NCBI RefSeq assembly: GCF_035594765.1
Contig: NC_085845.1
Coordinates: forward strand, 17,168,024-17,232,023
Length of the DNA: 64,000 bases
Origin: Anolis carolinensis
Taxonomy: Eukaryota
Direction of reading: 5' to 3'
The translations under genes and the position numbers were made by a program. Below are positions 48,539 through 62,035 of the stretch, in pieces (position 1 is the stretch's first letter; every line of letters starts with the position of its first letter). The notes under the pieces are model-generated. The model made no database searches, was not told the origin of the DNA, and saw nothing but the letters and a program-made list of their open reading frames with translations.

Positions 48539-48705
48539 TAGGTTCAATATTTGGAGCTTTAGCTTCTGTAAGCATAGCCATCATGTCCAATCATGAGTGA
48601 TTATGGCAGTTGCAGTCTGGAACATCTGGAGGGCCAGATGTTCCCTTATATTACCCACTTTTAGATTTTCTTAGTGTTTCCTAGCTCCAAACAGTAGACA
48701 TGAAT

Positions 48706-49316
48706 GGGTTGCTGTGAATTTTCCAGGCTGTATGGCCAGAGGTTGTGAGGTCTGTTGGAAACTAGGCAAGTGAGGTTTCTATATCTGTGGAATGTCCAGT
48801 GTGAAGGAAAGAACTCTTGTCTGTTTGAGGCAGGTGTGAATGTTGCAATTGACTACCTTGATTAGCACTAAATAGCCTTGCAGCCTCAAGGCCTGGCTGC
48901 TTCCTGCCTGAGGGAATCCTTTGTTGGGAGGTGATTAGCTGGCCCTGATTGTTTCTTGTCTGGAATTCCCCTGTTTTTGAGTGTTGTTCTTTATTTACTG
49001 TCCTGATTTTAGGGTGTTTAAATACTGGTAGCCAGGTTTTGTTTATTTTCATGGTTTCCTCTTTTCTGTTGAAATTGTCCACATGTTTGTGGATTCCAAT
49101 GACTTCTCTGTAGTCTGATGTGTTGGTTGTCAGAGTATATATATTCCACAGCTATATAAACCATACTTGCCTAATTTCCCACAGACCTCACAACCTCTGA
49201 GGATGCCTGCCATAGATGTGGGTGAAATGTCAGGAGAGAATGTTTCTGGAACATGGCCATAAGCCTGGAAAACTCACAGCAACCCAGTGATTCCAGCCAT
49301 GAAAGCTTTCGACAAC
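48706..49316 (-). mobile_element. Penelope-like element 3' fragment with inverted pLTR
   Basis: Minus strand encodes IHKHVDNFNRKEETMKINKTW (PLE GIY-YIG C-terminus); TSD ACAGTAGACATGAATG. Confidence 0.88.
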
Positions 49317-50325
49317 ACAGTAGACATGAATGCTTGGAAATGCTTTCTTTTAGCTTTTCACACTAAAAAAGTGAGCAGAAGCAGATGCAGCGGGTAAAAT
49401 TGTGAAATTGTCCAAAGGGAATAAGATTCTATTGCCACTCTAGTTGATTTCTGTACATGAAAACGGCAAAGAAGCATTTTGTTCTCTGCCCTAAGTGCCA
49501 AATGATTGTGATTGTACTGCTACACTCCAATCCCGATCTTCTCCGGTTCTTTTCCAACATAAATGATCCGCATATCAAATGTGGAAGGAATAGAAATTTC
49601 GGAGATTATATTTGAATGAGGCTATGGGTTGAAATATAGCCCTACTGGAAACCTGACTATAGCATGTTCTGAGTGAAAAAGCACAATGTGTGCTAGAGGG
49701 GAATCAAGGATATCCTGCAACATTATCGTTTCTCAGAAAATGGGTGGTTTGGATGGATAACCTTCCAGAATATCATGCAGGCCAAGGCAGAGCATTGACC
49801 AATGGATGGGTCACAGAGCAGATTCCAGATCTAGCCACAGAATTGACCAAAGGGCAGATTCCACAGATATTCCCAGGCCAGAAATCTTCTATTGACCTTT
49901 GTCTTAGTGGAGTGCATTGAAAGCCAAAGAGTGAGCTCACTTTCAAGACTTGAAACAAAATGCATTCTCACTTGTAAAAAGTATGTTCCTGCTCAGAATA
50001 TCTCCAGGCATGTCATTCAAACAGTGCTTTCCATTTCTGTTACTCAGCTCCCACTTCCTCTATGGAAGAATGATGTTCCCAACCATTAGAATCATGGACA
50101 CAAATACCAAATGAAGCATTTCCAATTCTTAAGCTTTTGGGGTGTATTGCAGGCTTGTGATGAAGCGGTCATCTCAGGCAAAGCCATGTTCAACAAATGA
50201 GCCACTCCCTGCCCTCTGGATATCTGCCACTGCTACATGATGTTCTCCAGAACTGGTGGTTTCCTGAACCGCTGTATTAAAAACACAGTCCAGTTGTATT
50301 GAGAGGAAGGTTGAGGTGTCTAAAG

Positions 50326-50459
50326 TGGTGGTTCTCAACCTGGGCTCCCCAGATGTTTTTGCCTACAACTCCCAGAAATTCCAGCCAGTTTACCTGCTGT
50401 TAGGATTTCTGAGAGTTGAAGGCCAAAAGCATCTGGGGACCCCGAGTTGAGAACCACTG
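50326..50459. mobile_element. Palindromic hAT MITE (family of 19398-19531)
   Basis: GTGGTTCTCAAC / GTTGAGAACCAC TIRs; TSD GTCTAAAG / GTCTAGAC. Confidence 0.85.
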
Positions 50460-50678
50460 GTCTAGACCAATAACTTGTAATTTTCTCAGATGCCTCTTCC
50501 TCATCTCTGTTATCCCCGGCACTATCTATGTATCTATATAATGTCTTACTTTTCTCCCAAAGTTGTTTTAAGACCTAGTGCCAAGGATTCAGGAGGTTCA
50601 CGGTGGCTTTATCCATTGTGGCCTCCAAAGCTCACATTTGCACAAGTAAGCTTTGCCACTGCCACACCGAACTACCTT

Positions 50679-50931
50679 GGACACATCTATACTGATTCAT
50701 TATCCTGAATCGGACCAGCTCCATGGTGACTTCACAATGCACAAAGCCGATTCAGTTTAATGCAGCCTTGAACTGCTTTAACAAAACTTGTGGGTTATTT
50801 CTACCTGAGAATCTGGAGCAATTCATGATTTGAATTTTGCAGTTTGGCAATTTCCCAGGTGATTCCTCATCCTCCACCCTCCTCCATCACTCCAGATCAG
50901 TACTGGGACAAAGGGTCAGTGTAGATGTGCT
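50679..50931. mobile_element. Old MITE with CACATCTAYACTGA TIRs; related fragment at about 28650-28840
   Basis: CACATCTATACTGA...TCAGTGTAGATGTG; shared TTAATGCA.CCTTGAAC...TTGTGGGTTA core. Confidence 0.55.
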
Positions 50932-52362
50932 CTTTGCAAATGGCTCCAGCCTCCTTTCACTGTACTCTTCCTTTAGGAATAGGTAGGGGGTTGCTTGGGC
51001 ATCGGGTCAATGCTGAAAAGGCTGGCAAGCAAGCAGGTGCAGGGATCCAGCTGCAGTTGTTTTCCTGTTCCTTTCTTGCATACCTGCTGGTCATACAATG
51101 GGGTATGGTATTTCTGTTCCACCTCGGGTAATGAGAGTTTGGTATCTATTGTATTCCTGTTTTTTAAAAATGGTATTACTTCTAACCTTGGAGTTCCCCT
51201 GAATATGCTTTTGTTTCTCAGCAGTCCTATTTTGCATACAGCCTTGTTCAGCATTCCCCTGCAGAGCTTGCTATTAGGAGGAATTATATTATGAGCTGAA
51301 ATGTAAGATGGTGTGTATGTGATAGAGAGAGGAAAGCAGGCTGCAAGTTCTGTTACCAACTGAAACAAGAAAGCACACAAACAAATATGGAAATCTTTTC
51401 ATTAAGACAACAGGATGTTTAGCTCTCTGAGCTCTCCAATCTAGCAAAAGGGACTACTTTCGCCACCTCCCACAGATCAAGAGACAGGCACACCCCTATT
51501 TTTAGAAAGCAGAGAGAGCACATTCTACAGTTTTGTAAAAAAATGAAACCCCCGCTACTTTCCCCTATGGCAGTTTCTCTTCATTTCCACCCTACTTTTA
51601 TGTTCAGAGGCATCCTTGGAACCTGAAGTATACAGAGGAATACCAATTGCTTGGAACGTCTGGTGGGAGATCTAAGAGTAGAGGGAAGCCAAGCATAAGA
51701 AAATGGATCTCAGTGCTGGGAAATACTAACGGATTCTTAACTGTATTTCCATACAGGTTAAATTAGTGTTTGGCCTCAGGGATTAAGCAGTGCTTCACAA
51801 CATATGTATCATGCTCATAGCTCAGTGGCCAGAGGAATGTAGGAAATGCAGCCTTAATGGTGAATGTAAATGGGGAGAGGGTAGAAATAAATATATACTC
51901 CTGCCAAAACAAATAGGATGTTGAATTTACTCATTCATCTAATCCTAGCAGGGCATGCAATGGCATGAAGGGTAGGACAGCAAATTCCAAAACCAAAACA
52001 ATTGCATTCACTCATCTTTTTTTCAACAGGCGGGGAAATGCTATGAGTTACAGTGAATCATATTGAATGATTTCTTATCATAGGGAAGCTTTGTGTATCC
52101 TCTTTATTTTAGAAACTGCCACGGGATTTCCCCCTTTATTACTTATCCAGTATCATTTTGGAGAATCCATTGTGACCACTAACTTGCTAAGTCTAGGGAT
52201 ATAGTAACTCAAACAATTCTTTTCTTTTTGTCTTGGACTTGTTCAATTTCTTTTTGTTTCAAATGTGGAAAAATGCACATTTTGGTAAATCTTTCAAAAC
52301 TAATCTAAAACCACAATCCTTATTTGTAGTCAAATTTACACAGATGCTGTCTATACATAGGG

Positions 52363-52555
52363 TTCATCTAGAATTAATGCAGTTTGACACGACTTTCACA
52401 GCTATGACTCAATGATATGGAATCATGGGAATTGTAGTTTTCCCTGCCAAAGAGTGCTAGTGCCTCACCAAATTACAAATCTCAAGATTTCACATAATTG
52501 AGCCATAGCAGTTAAAGTGGTGTCAAACTGCATTCATTCTACAGTGTGAATGCAG
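52363..52555. mobile_element. Palindromic MITE (family of 4788-4997)
   Basis: TAGAATTAATGCAGTTTGACAC / GTGTCAAACTGCATTCATTCTA inverted arms. Confidence 0.7.
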
Positions 52556-54050
52556 CCATAGTACTACATTGTACCTGCCTGTTATATAGTAATCAAAGAT
52601 GAGGAAACTCCCTCCTCCCCACTGCTAACATGTCAGTGCAAACACAATTCAACACTAGCATGATGGACTACACAGGAATTCAACTGTAAAGGTTTATGAC
52701 TTAACCCTTCAATTTGACTTTACTGGAAAATGTGCATAGACAAATCTGCCAGTTTTGGTTTCTTCCATGTTTTTAAATTCACATGTTTTGAAAATCTCCA
52801 GTATGAGGAATTGTGCAACTATTCAATAAAAATGTAGTGAAAAGAAATGGTCAGCCACCCAGCTAAAGGCTACTTGGAAGAAACTTTTGCTACCAGCAGG
52901 TTTTGCCAGGTTAAAGTGGGTGTTAAGTTTCACAGGAGTGCATTTTTCTACCTACTTCACATGAACCTATTAGCATTCCTCAGTGTGCTGTAGTTTTGTT
53001 TCTAGGTTAGTTTATGGGTTACGATGAGGAGAAATATATCTGTTTTTCATACATATGCTCAGTACTTGAGTCAGAAACCCTATGTGGCACATAAATCAAA
53101 TTCTCTCATACATAGCCCTTTCCCTGATGGAGCAAAGTTGCCCTTTTTTCACACAGAAGTGTTGAGTTTGCCAGAAGCCGCATAAAAAAATGCGCACTCC
53201 GATCTCAGACCCATCTGTAAAATAAATCTCAGGATTTATTAAACTGAAACTTCAGTTTATCAGAGTGAATTATCTCCAACTAAAGTTCTTGTCCAGGAAA
53301 TAACACATTCTATACATATTAATAGAATGTGCTCCACAGAAGGAGGCACTCCCTAACATTTATTTAAATTTTTAAGTAATGGTTGCATATGTCAGATCTA
53401 TGGACAGTTTCAATTTGTGCTTTCCCCCCTTTCTTACAATAACTTTAGCTGCCAAAACCTTTTCACATTTTGCTTCCCAAAACTTTTATTTAGGGAGGGT
53501 ATTGATGAGTGATTCCTATCAGACCCAGCTACCATGGACAGACTTTCAATTTGGCAGGGAGAGTCCCAATTAATCCATCTAATATTTATTTGTCTAATCT
53601 TTATTTGTCTGCCTCTTGCAATCTTACTTTGCTTTTCTAGATCAAATAGTGGTGAAATAAAGGGCTTATTCTAAGATCCTATACCCATTTACATGGGAAT
53701 AAGCCCACTGGTTACTTCATGGCAGGCTGTATGACCTTTATATTTACAGTGTTGACGTCTTGCAGTTTCATTTATCCATGTCCAACCAAATATGCCCTCT
53801 CTAGGCATTATCTAGCTCCTACAGTGCAACTCTTGGGCCAGAAGCCTCTGTTATCTATAGTGTTGCATATCCACACATATTCCATATTTTGGAATAGATC
53901 CATTATAGATAGAATGAAAAGGTAAAGGTGAGAAAACGGAATGCCATGAGATTTCCTTGAGATACAGGGGTTGTATTGCATATATATGCTATTGCAATGT
54001 TAGTGGAGCCAAGGTGTCAACATTTCAATCTAGGAAACAAAAACTTTGGA

Positions 54051-54287
54051 TGTGTTGTCGAAGGCTTTCATGGCCAGGATCACAGGGTTGTTGTATGTCT
54101 TTCGGGCTGTGTGGCCATGTTCCAGAAGCATTCTCTCCTGACGTTTCGCCCACATCTATGGCAGGCATCCTCAGAGGTTGTCTTCACCTCACAACCTCTG
54201 AGGATGCCTGCCATAGATGTGGGCGAAACGTCAGGAGAGAATGCTTCTGGAACATGGCCACACAGCCCGAAAGACATACAACAACCC
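54051..54287. mobile_element. Penelope-like insertion: inverted pLTR pair (young, perfect arms)
   Basis: Perfect inverted arms of about 95 bp; TSD AAAAACTTTGGA (54039-54050, 54288-54299); hammerhead motif on both strands. Confidence 0.92.
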
Positions 54288-54319
54288 AAAAACTTTGGAC
54301 TTGATATAGTCAACAGAAA

Positions 54320-54730
54320 ACAGGAGCTGGAAAAGATCCTAAGAGCCACCTCATCCAAACCCTTGCCATGCAGGACTGTTCAGCAGAAGCACCCTTGTCC
54401 ATCCAACCTCTGTCCAAAGATGGAGATTCCATCATCCTCTGAGTCCAAACGTTGCCATCAAGAAGTTCTTCCTAATGTTCTGATGGAACTTGTTTACTTG
54501 TATTTTAAATACATTGGTTCATGTACTTGTCTCTGGAGCAGCAGAACAAACACTCCATCTTCTACATGGCATTGCTTCAGATATGTCACATCTCCATCTT
54601 CTAAGCTAAGCATAACTAGCTCTTTAAGTCCTTTCTCATAACATTTTCAGATGTTTGGTAGTTTTGGTCACCCTTTGTTGAACGTATTTCAGCTTGTCAG
54701 TATCATTCTGGAACTGTGGTGCTCAAAGCA
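54320..54730 (-). mobile_element. Degraded CR1 3' fragment
   Basis: Reverse complement of the CR1 3' end (GAGCTGGAAAAGATCC..., AGAAGTTCTTCCTAATGTT, TGGAACTGTGGTGCTC). Confidence 0.7.
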
Positions 54731-57675
54731 ACTCTTTTCTCCAGTACTTTGGCTTTCTCGTTGATGGAGAGTCAATCCTCCATGCCCATTGAGCATGTTT
54801 ACTTGTTGGATTATCTGGTGAAGGTTACTCACCCACAAGAGCTTTTTCCTTTATAATTAAACTTTTGCAACATTCAGGGTCCCTCCAAGCATGCTAATAC
54901 TGCTCTCTCTTTTTCCTTGGTTGATGGTAGTGTTTCAGGCTGTACTCATTTTCTGGGTACATTATTAGAGGAAGTGATGCGAGATGATGGGCTCTCTTCA
55001 AAATGGCATTAATGCGTGTGAGAGGGAAAAGCCTAGTGGTTAAGTTTTTAAGCAACTTCCCCTGGTTTTTAAAAAAGTTTACTTCATGAAACAAGATAAA
55101 ATGGATGAGATTGTTATCACAGCAGGATAGAAGAAATGGGCTTTAGTCAAGGCAACATTGGAGCATATGGTTCCCTTAATTCACATCAGCTTTAATTACT
55201 TTTTGATTATATTGCATATGTTGCCCGAAGAAATCACTGTACAATATTGCTCAGTGAGGAGGATTTCTTCACAAAAGGACTCCTGATCTTTGAATAAAAA
55301 ATGGCATAACTGAGCAACTGATACACTGACCATCCATCTCTTTACTTTGATGATTAAATTAAAAGCACCAGCATGAGACAGTTCCCATATCAAATGTTAT
55401 ATGTCTGGCCCAGTGCCAAAATATCTCAGATTGTTTTCCCTCTCAGTTAGAAGCACTGTTTCAAGCCATTCATGCAACCAGCTAATAAAAATACAAGTGA
55501 AATGGAAGGTCAGATATGCTTTCCTTATTGACTGACACATTCATTCATCTTCCTTTGCACAGCCTCCTTCTTGAATGTGGCAGCATCTAGCTGCCACATC
55601 TGTGTAAACAAATATTCCAGATTGAACAAGTTACATTTTGGGATGACGGCTCTTACAATTCTCCAGCTAACATGGAAATTCTTCATACTGGCTTCAGGAG
55701 TTGTAGTCCAAAAAGTAACCTTTCTAGGTTCTGGGGAAAAATGTAACAATAAAGCAATGCTGGGGGATTTGTGTTGTTGTTGGATACTGGTTGTTGTTGT
55801 TGGATATGATTCTCAGCATCCCAGAATGGTGAATCATGATGGCTTGAGTTGATATGAGTTGAAGTCTCACAACATCTAAAGACCCAGCAGTTTTCCACCT
55901 CTGCTACAGGGCACATTTTAAAGATTTGTTGCACAATTGCCTTGTTCTTGCCATGCCATTTTTAATATAGATTCTCTGGCACATCTTTAATCGCTATTTC
56001 CAAGATCAGGCATTATGGGGTAACAATTGTAATACCTGTCTTCAAGGGCAGTCTTCCTTCAAGGTTAGTAAATTGAAGTCTACTAGGGGTGGCAAGAAAT
56101 AAGTTAACACAGATTTTATAGGCCTGGAGTCAAATCATCTAGTAATAAAGCATCCTGACAGCAAATAAGTCCTAAAGAACAAATGACATAATATATGGCG
56201 ATAAACCATCTTATTCTTAAAAGTTTCTTAGGTGTTAACCATTTCAGAAAGACAGTTTTTATAAGAAGACTGTTGTTTCTGATTGGTTATGACTTTTATT
56301 GAAATGATTTGCAGATAAAGATGGAGCGTGATAAACTTCTGGAAGCTGAACACAGTTTGAATAATTGACATGCAATAACTTAAAATGCTGGTTGTCAAGC
56401 TATGGGCCATGTGGAAAAAGACGGTCAAGGGTTGCTGCTTTTTCTCCTTTCCAGTTAATAAAATAATGCCAAAGGGTCTAAAAATATCACATGTTTCTTT
56501 TCCATGTTAACAATTTACTGCTGTTACCACAACAGTCTTAAATTGTCACAGGCAGGAAAGGAATAGGCCTCAGTAGGCATGACTATGTGAAAAAGTATAC
56601 CTTGGACAATTGATTTATTTCTCCATGGTGCCGAGATAAATTCTACAGTTGAGGCCCTCCGTATGACAGGTCTTATGATACCCCCAAGGAGAGTCCAAAA
56701 ATGTGGGTGGCTGGGTTAATCTATTTTTAAAGTAGAAAACAAACAATTTCCAGCAATGTTCTTCTCACTCGAAAACAAATCGGCCATAAAGCTAATGGAT
56801 ATTTCACACATAAGACCAAGCTATCCGCAAATTCTTTGGCTTACAAGGAGAGTTCAAAATAATTAATGCAATACCTGTGTCCATGGTTTTTATTTAACCC
56901 ATATCTGACAAAGCATTTTCTACATTCCCCAGTGCAGTTGTGTGGTATGTTTCCACCAGAACTTAACCATAGATCATGGTAGAAGATCTAGGGATGCTAG
57001 AGAGGTGTTTTCTCAAGATATTTTCTAGACCCTCCAGCATGACACAATGGTATTCTTGGGCCAAAAGTCTTTCATTTCAGTAGAATTTGATCCTATTCAT
57101 GGTTTGGCATATCCACATGAAGTTCAGTAACATATCCACCATAGATATGGGGGTAGTAATGTACTTTGTTGCTGAGGAACTCCATTATCCCGCTAGGTAT
57201 TGTGAAGATTGCAGCTAAATGCAGAGGGGACAAATTTATTGGATGGGGAGACAGTGTCAGATGATGCTATAGTCCCTCCTAACGAAAAAGGCCAGGAGCT
57301 TTGACCTTGTGTTCATTGGATCCACTATATCACTAATCCTCACCTTTCCATGGAAAGCTGAAGATAGCTTGCCAAAGGCCAACTGTAGTCTCTAATCTAC
57401 CTCTGGTTTACAGGATCAGTTTGACCATTAGACAGAAGGAAGCATCCCCCTCAGGTGGAAAAGTCCTGGAAAATTGAGTGGTGTGTTCCATACAGTCTCC
57501 TTGACACACCCTAAATATAAATGTAGTGGAGGACACATTTATCTCCAGAGTGCAAATAAAAGACAACTGTTAGTTCAGGCATCTTCAATACATGGAATAG
57601 GGTAAAGATGTCATCTTGTCCTTTGCTTAAGACAACAAAATATTTTGAGTCTGATCTAATGATCAGATTTACATG

Positions 57676-57755
57676 TATTTATTTATTTAATTTATGTATA
57701 TCCCAGCATTCCCACCTTGAAGGGGACTCAGGGCGGCTAACAACAAAGGCACAAT

Positions 57756-57794
<39 letters not shown>

Positions 57795-58125
57795 CTTTAT
57801 TTATATACTGCCCTATCTCCCGGATGGGACTCAGAGCGGTTTCCAGTTATAAAAACAACACAAACATTACATAACAAACATAATAACACATTATTAAGCA
57901 AAGTAAAAATACAATTATAGAAATAAATAACACTTACATGAACTGATCAAGGGGATGGGAACCATAAACCCAATATATTAAAATGTATCATTTTAAGTTA
58001 GAGAAATCTTGTGCAATATATTCAGGCCCAGAAACCGGCGGTATTCCAATGCAATTACTGAAAAACCTGCCGACACCACCAGGTCTTCAGTTCCTTACGG
58101 AAATTGGATAATGTAGGGGATTGCC
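57676..58125 (-). mobile_element. Two tandem L2-type 3' ends with (AAT)n microsatellite tail
   Basis: Tails at about 57676-57750 and 57790-57845 (..GGGACTCAG.GCGG..); (AAT)n at 57758-57790; ORF-end-like sequence to about 58125. Confidence 0.7.
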
Positions 58126-58972
58126 TTGAATTTGATGCCTTGAACACCTGATTGGTTTCAAAAGTGTTAAAGTGCCACCTATGCTTAGATAATTAGGAGT
58201 AATAAGAAGTAACAGAAAATTGGAAGTATGAACATATTTATAGATTAGTGGCTATTATGTGTTTTCTACATTGGGGAATCATATTCCATCTATATATGCC
58301 ACAAATTATTATTATGCTGCCAATATCTCATAGTGGTTTATACAATTTCAACAATTTCAACAACATCAACAAAACCCAATTAAAGTAAAATAGGGCAGAC
58401 ACCAATAGTATCATAAAAGCCTGTACTAGAACAGGAAGTCTGCAGCTGAAATCCTTATCATGCGATCAGGTCAATGGGCTTCCATTTGGAGGCTAAATAA
58501 GGGCTACATGGTGCTATGTGTTGATTGGTTTACGTTTGTGATGAAAGTTGTAGACATCAAGTAGCAAGTTGTTGTCCTCACTTGTAAATGGTACTACTAA
58601 TTATGGAACATAGATGTTCAATAGGATGACACCAGTATACAGTTCTTATACAGGACAAAAGGGCAACTATATTAAAATTTATTGGACTAAAAAAAATCTA
58701 TGTTGGAATCAAGAGTCACCTTGAAGACTGAAGTTGATTCTGCATTGCCATATAATGAAGTTGGAACTGCATTTATAGTTAGTGTAGAAACATATAATGC
58801 CGTTCAAACAGTGTAGAACCAGCATTATTTATGCATTATTCTATAAGCTTTTATTAATAATAGCACACTTCACAAGGTGCATGAATTGGTATCCAGAATT
58901 TCAGGTACATAGAGAGTACGTATATGTAGAGTTGGTATTATAGTTATTGTACTCAGAGGAAAATTGAATTGA

Positions 58973-59109
58973 ATGTGTTGTCGAAGGCTTTCATGGCCGG
59001 GATCACAAGGTTGTTGTGTGTTTTCCGGGCAGTATGGCCATGTTCCAGAAATATTCTCTCCTGACATTTCTCCCACACCTATGGCAGGCATCCTCAGAGG
59101 TTGTGAGGT
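58973..59109 (-). mobile_element. Solo Penelope pLTR fragment with tail
   Basis: Same pLTR sequence as the other copies; TSD AAATTGAATTGA (58961-58972, 59110-59121). Confidence 0.88.
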
Positions 59110-59665
59110 AAATTGAATTGATATTACATTTTAAATTTATAAAATGTCCATTAAATTATATACACTTGGACATTCATAAAACCCACTGATACCACAAGCA
59201 TTCTGGAAGGTGTTGAGCAAATTAACATATACAAGGAGATTAAAACATTTTATTTTGATTCAAATTGCTGGTGATAGACTGAAACTTCCTGATGAACTAT
59301 AATTCAGAAGTTTTCCCCACCCCAAGCTCACTATGAAGTTTCGTGGGACTACAATGGCCACTTTAAAATTAGTGACAGAAGGTCATTCCCATTACTTTAA
59401 AGGAGAAAGAAATTTGCTCTTGGAATCTCTTTTGTCTTCAATTAAGGAAACCTATTTATCTCTCATGAAAGGTCTTTAAAAAGTTCAAGACCCTGCCTGA
59501 AGATAAAATACATTTTGGCATTAACTGCTAAAAATGTCTTAAATATTCAGATGCCAGCTGCCTTTTGGTTATTTTTTAGGGAAAAGAGTTTTTGGAGTCT
59601 GTGCATCTCTATCTGAAGTGTGGCATGGGGTGTTGCATGAATTTCCTTTCCTGAGAGATTCTTTT

Positions 59666-60739
59666 TAGGGATGTGTGATTAATTAAAAATAGTTCAGAAG
59701 TCATTATAAAACTGGGGGATGCTGGCATTTCATTTCCAAAGTGTTTCTAACGTATAGTTAGTAAAACATTCATTACTATTACAAGAGTAACAAAATTTTG
59801 TTACTATTTCATTATAGTAATTGCGCATAATTACTATAATTGGGGAAACTTCAGTGGCTCATTTCTCCCTAATTTCAAAACCTATTGGAGTGAAACTTGC
59901 TACAATGGTAGAATACATTTACCAATATTAGCCCACCAAATTTCAGAATGTTTCACTTATCCATGCAGTTTTGGGGAATTTTCAAAGTTTTTATAAACAT
60001 TTTAAAAAACTACAAGAGCTATCTACTTGAATTTTATATACAATGCACAAGATAATCAGGGCATCAATCCCCAAAAGTTTCAGAAAGATTCATACATCTA
60101 CAGATTTAAAAGTTTAGGCAAAAACAATTTAAAGCGACAACAGTAATCCCCCTGAACGTCTGTCTGTCTTTATGGCACACAACCACATAAGTTAAACTTA
60201 GCACAGATTTATACTGTTATTTATTTTAGTCCTCTTTGCAGATTCAATAATTTTATTTATTATTATTAGACTGACTCTAAATGGCTGGCTGCTGCAGCCC
60301 TGATTGGGGCTTTCAGATGCTGAGCACTGCATTCTGGGAAACGTAGTTTAGGGCAGGGCCTTTTGCATTATTTGCCACAGGGTGCCTTCCCAAACTACAT
60401 TTTAAGATGCTGTGTTCTCAGTCTCCTGCCTTTGCTAGTCTAACTTTGCTAGTCACACACACAGTGCCTTCCTTATGGCAATTGTGCCAAAGAAAAAGGA
60501 TTGGTTTTTAAAGCACTTTATGTTCTCATGGCTTTACCAAAGTTGCTTAATGCTTATACTGAAAATTAAACTGACCTTGGGAGGCATCCGTATGCTACAG
60601 AATCTTAACGAAAAAATTTGGTGTTTCAATTCTTAAATTCCCCCAACCTTTCCTGTATGTTTCTAATATCAATTCATATGCACAAATTTAATGAATTTGA
60701 TACAAAAAGCTAATTAAAATGAATATTTGCACACCCCTA
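59666..60739. mobile_element. Non-autonomous hAT (Ac-like TAGGGATG ends) element
   Basis: TIRs TAGGGATGTG / CACACCCCTA; 8-bp TSD ATTCTTTT / ATTCTTCT. Confidence 0.7.
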
Positions 60740-61056
60740 ATTCTTCTAGTATCAATTTAATTTTCTTCTTGATATAGATTCTTTGCCCAGTGTGATAAAA
60801 TTTCTATCCATACTGGCACCACCGTTTAAACCGTGGTCACTCACTTTTCCCTTTTTCCTTTAGGATTCCTCCCTGGATCCCGTGCTTCAGTCTCAAGGTG
60901 TCCTCTAGGCTGAATAAGTAACTTTTGATCAGTGGGTTCAATGTGATAAAGTGGGACCAGTTCTCCCTTTCACTTCTTAAGCAGAAATAGTCAGGCAGTT
61001 ATAGAATATTAGATCATACAATGTTTTTAAAAGATCAGTTAAGATAAACAAGAACT

Positions 61057-61473
61057 GGGTTGTTGTGTGTTTTTTGGGCTGTATGGCCATGTTCCAGAAG
61101 TATTCTGGGGCCGTGGTGGAGGCTCCTTCCTTGGAGGCTTTTAAGCAGAGGCTGGATGGCCATCTGTCGGGGGTGCTTTGAATGCGATTTCCTGCTTCTT
61201 AGCAGGGGGTTGGACTAGATGGCCCATGTGGTCTCTTCCAACTCTATTATTCTATGATTCTATGATTCTATGACGTTTCACCCACATCTATGACAGGCAT
61301 CCTCAGAGGTTATGAGGTACCTCACAACTTCTAAGGTACCTCACACCTCTGAGGATGTCTGCCATAGATGTGGGTGAAATGTCAGGTGAGAATATTTCTG
61401 GAACATGGCCATACAGCCTGAAACACATATGACAACCCTGTGATTCTGGCCATGAAAGCCTTCAACAACACAT
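61057..61473. mobile_element. Penelope inverted pLTR pair interrupted by CR1
   Basis: Inverted pLTRs with the tail on the right; TSD TAAACAAG(A/G)ACT. Confidence 0.85.
61107..61270 (+). mobile_element. Young CR1 LINE extreme 3' end
   Basis: GGAGGCTTTTAAGCAGAGGCTGGATGGCCATCT...GGGTTGGACTAGATGGCCC...(ATTCTATG)n octamer tail. Confidence 0.92.
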
Positions 61474-61671
61474 TAAACAAGGACTCTCTGAACTGTTTCC
61501 ACATTACCAAGTCAGAGAATCTTATTCTGATCGTATCAGTTCTTGTCATCCTAACTGGCCTTCCCTCTGATTGACTCATTTTGACATCCTGCTCTTATCT
61601 ATCAACTTAATAGTTAAGTCTATTAGCTATATCTCTCATAGGTCCCACTTTCACAAATTTCCAAAGGCTGT

Positions 61672-62035
61672 GATTGGTTGGACGTATCCAGACTTGGCCA
61701 GCATTTCCCCACTACTACCTAATAATGCCTCAGAATTATGTTAGGAAGAACACATTCATTGTCTGAGTGTGATGGACTTCCAAGTTCTTGGAAGATGCCT
61801 GTGCGTAAATTTATTTTAATGTGTAGAGGTTGGTGCACCACCGATCAACACACAGTCTTCACAGAGTGAGGGTCCCAACCAGTGCCGTGGTTAACGTGAT
61901 GACAGTAGCTTCTCAATCTGTTGCAGCCTTCTTCTGCCTTCACAGTTGTTGTAACATCACCATGTTATCTTCCACCTGATCTGCCGTTGAGGTCTTCGGA
62001 TTGTGCGTGGTCCAGAACCTCACCTGCGCCCCCCC
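61672..62035 (-). mobile_element. Probable old RTE-clade LINE 5' region
   Basis: Minus strand AAGACCTCAACGGCAG...CTGTGAAGGCAGAAGAAGGCTGCA...GGGGAAATGCT...AGTCTGGATACGTCCA resembles RTE 5' UTRs from memory; no ORF support. Confidence 0.45.

Noticed and set aside
53957-54641. 221-aa and 115-aa ORFs
   Set aside because: They read through a Penelope inverted repeat and an antisense CR1 fragment, so they are chance open frames.
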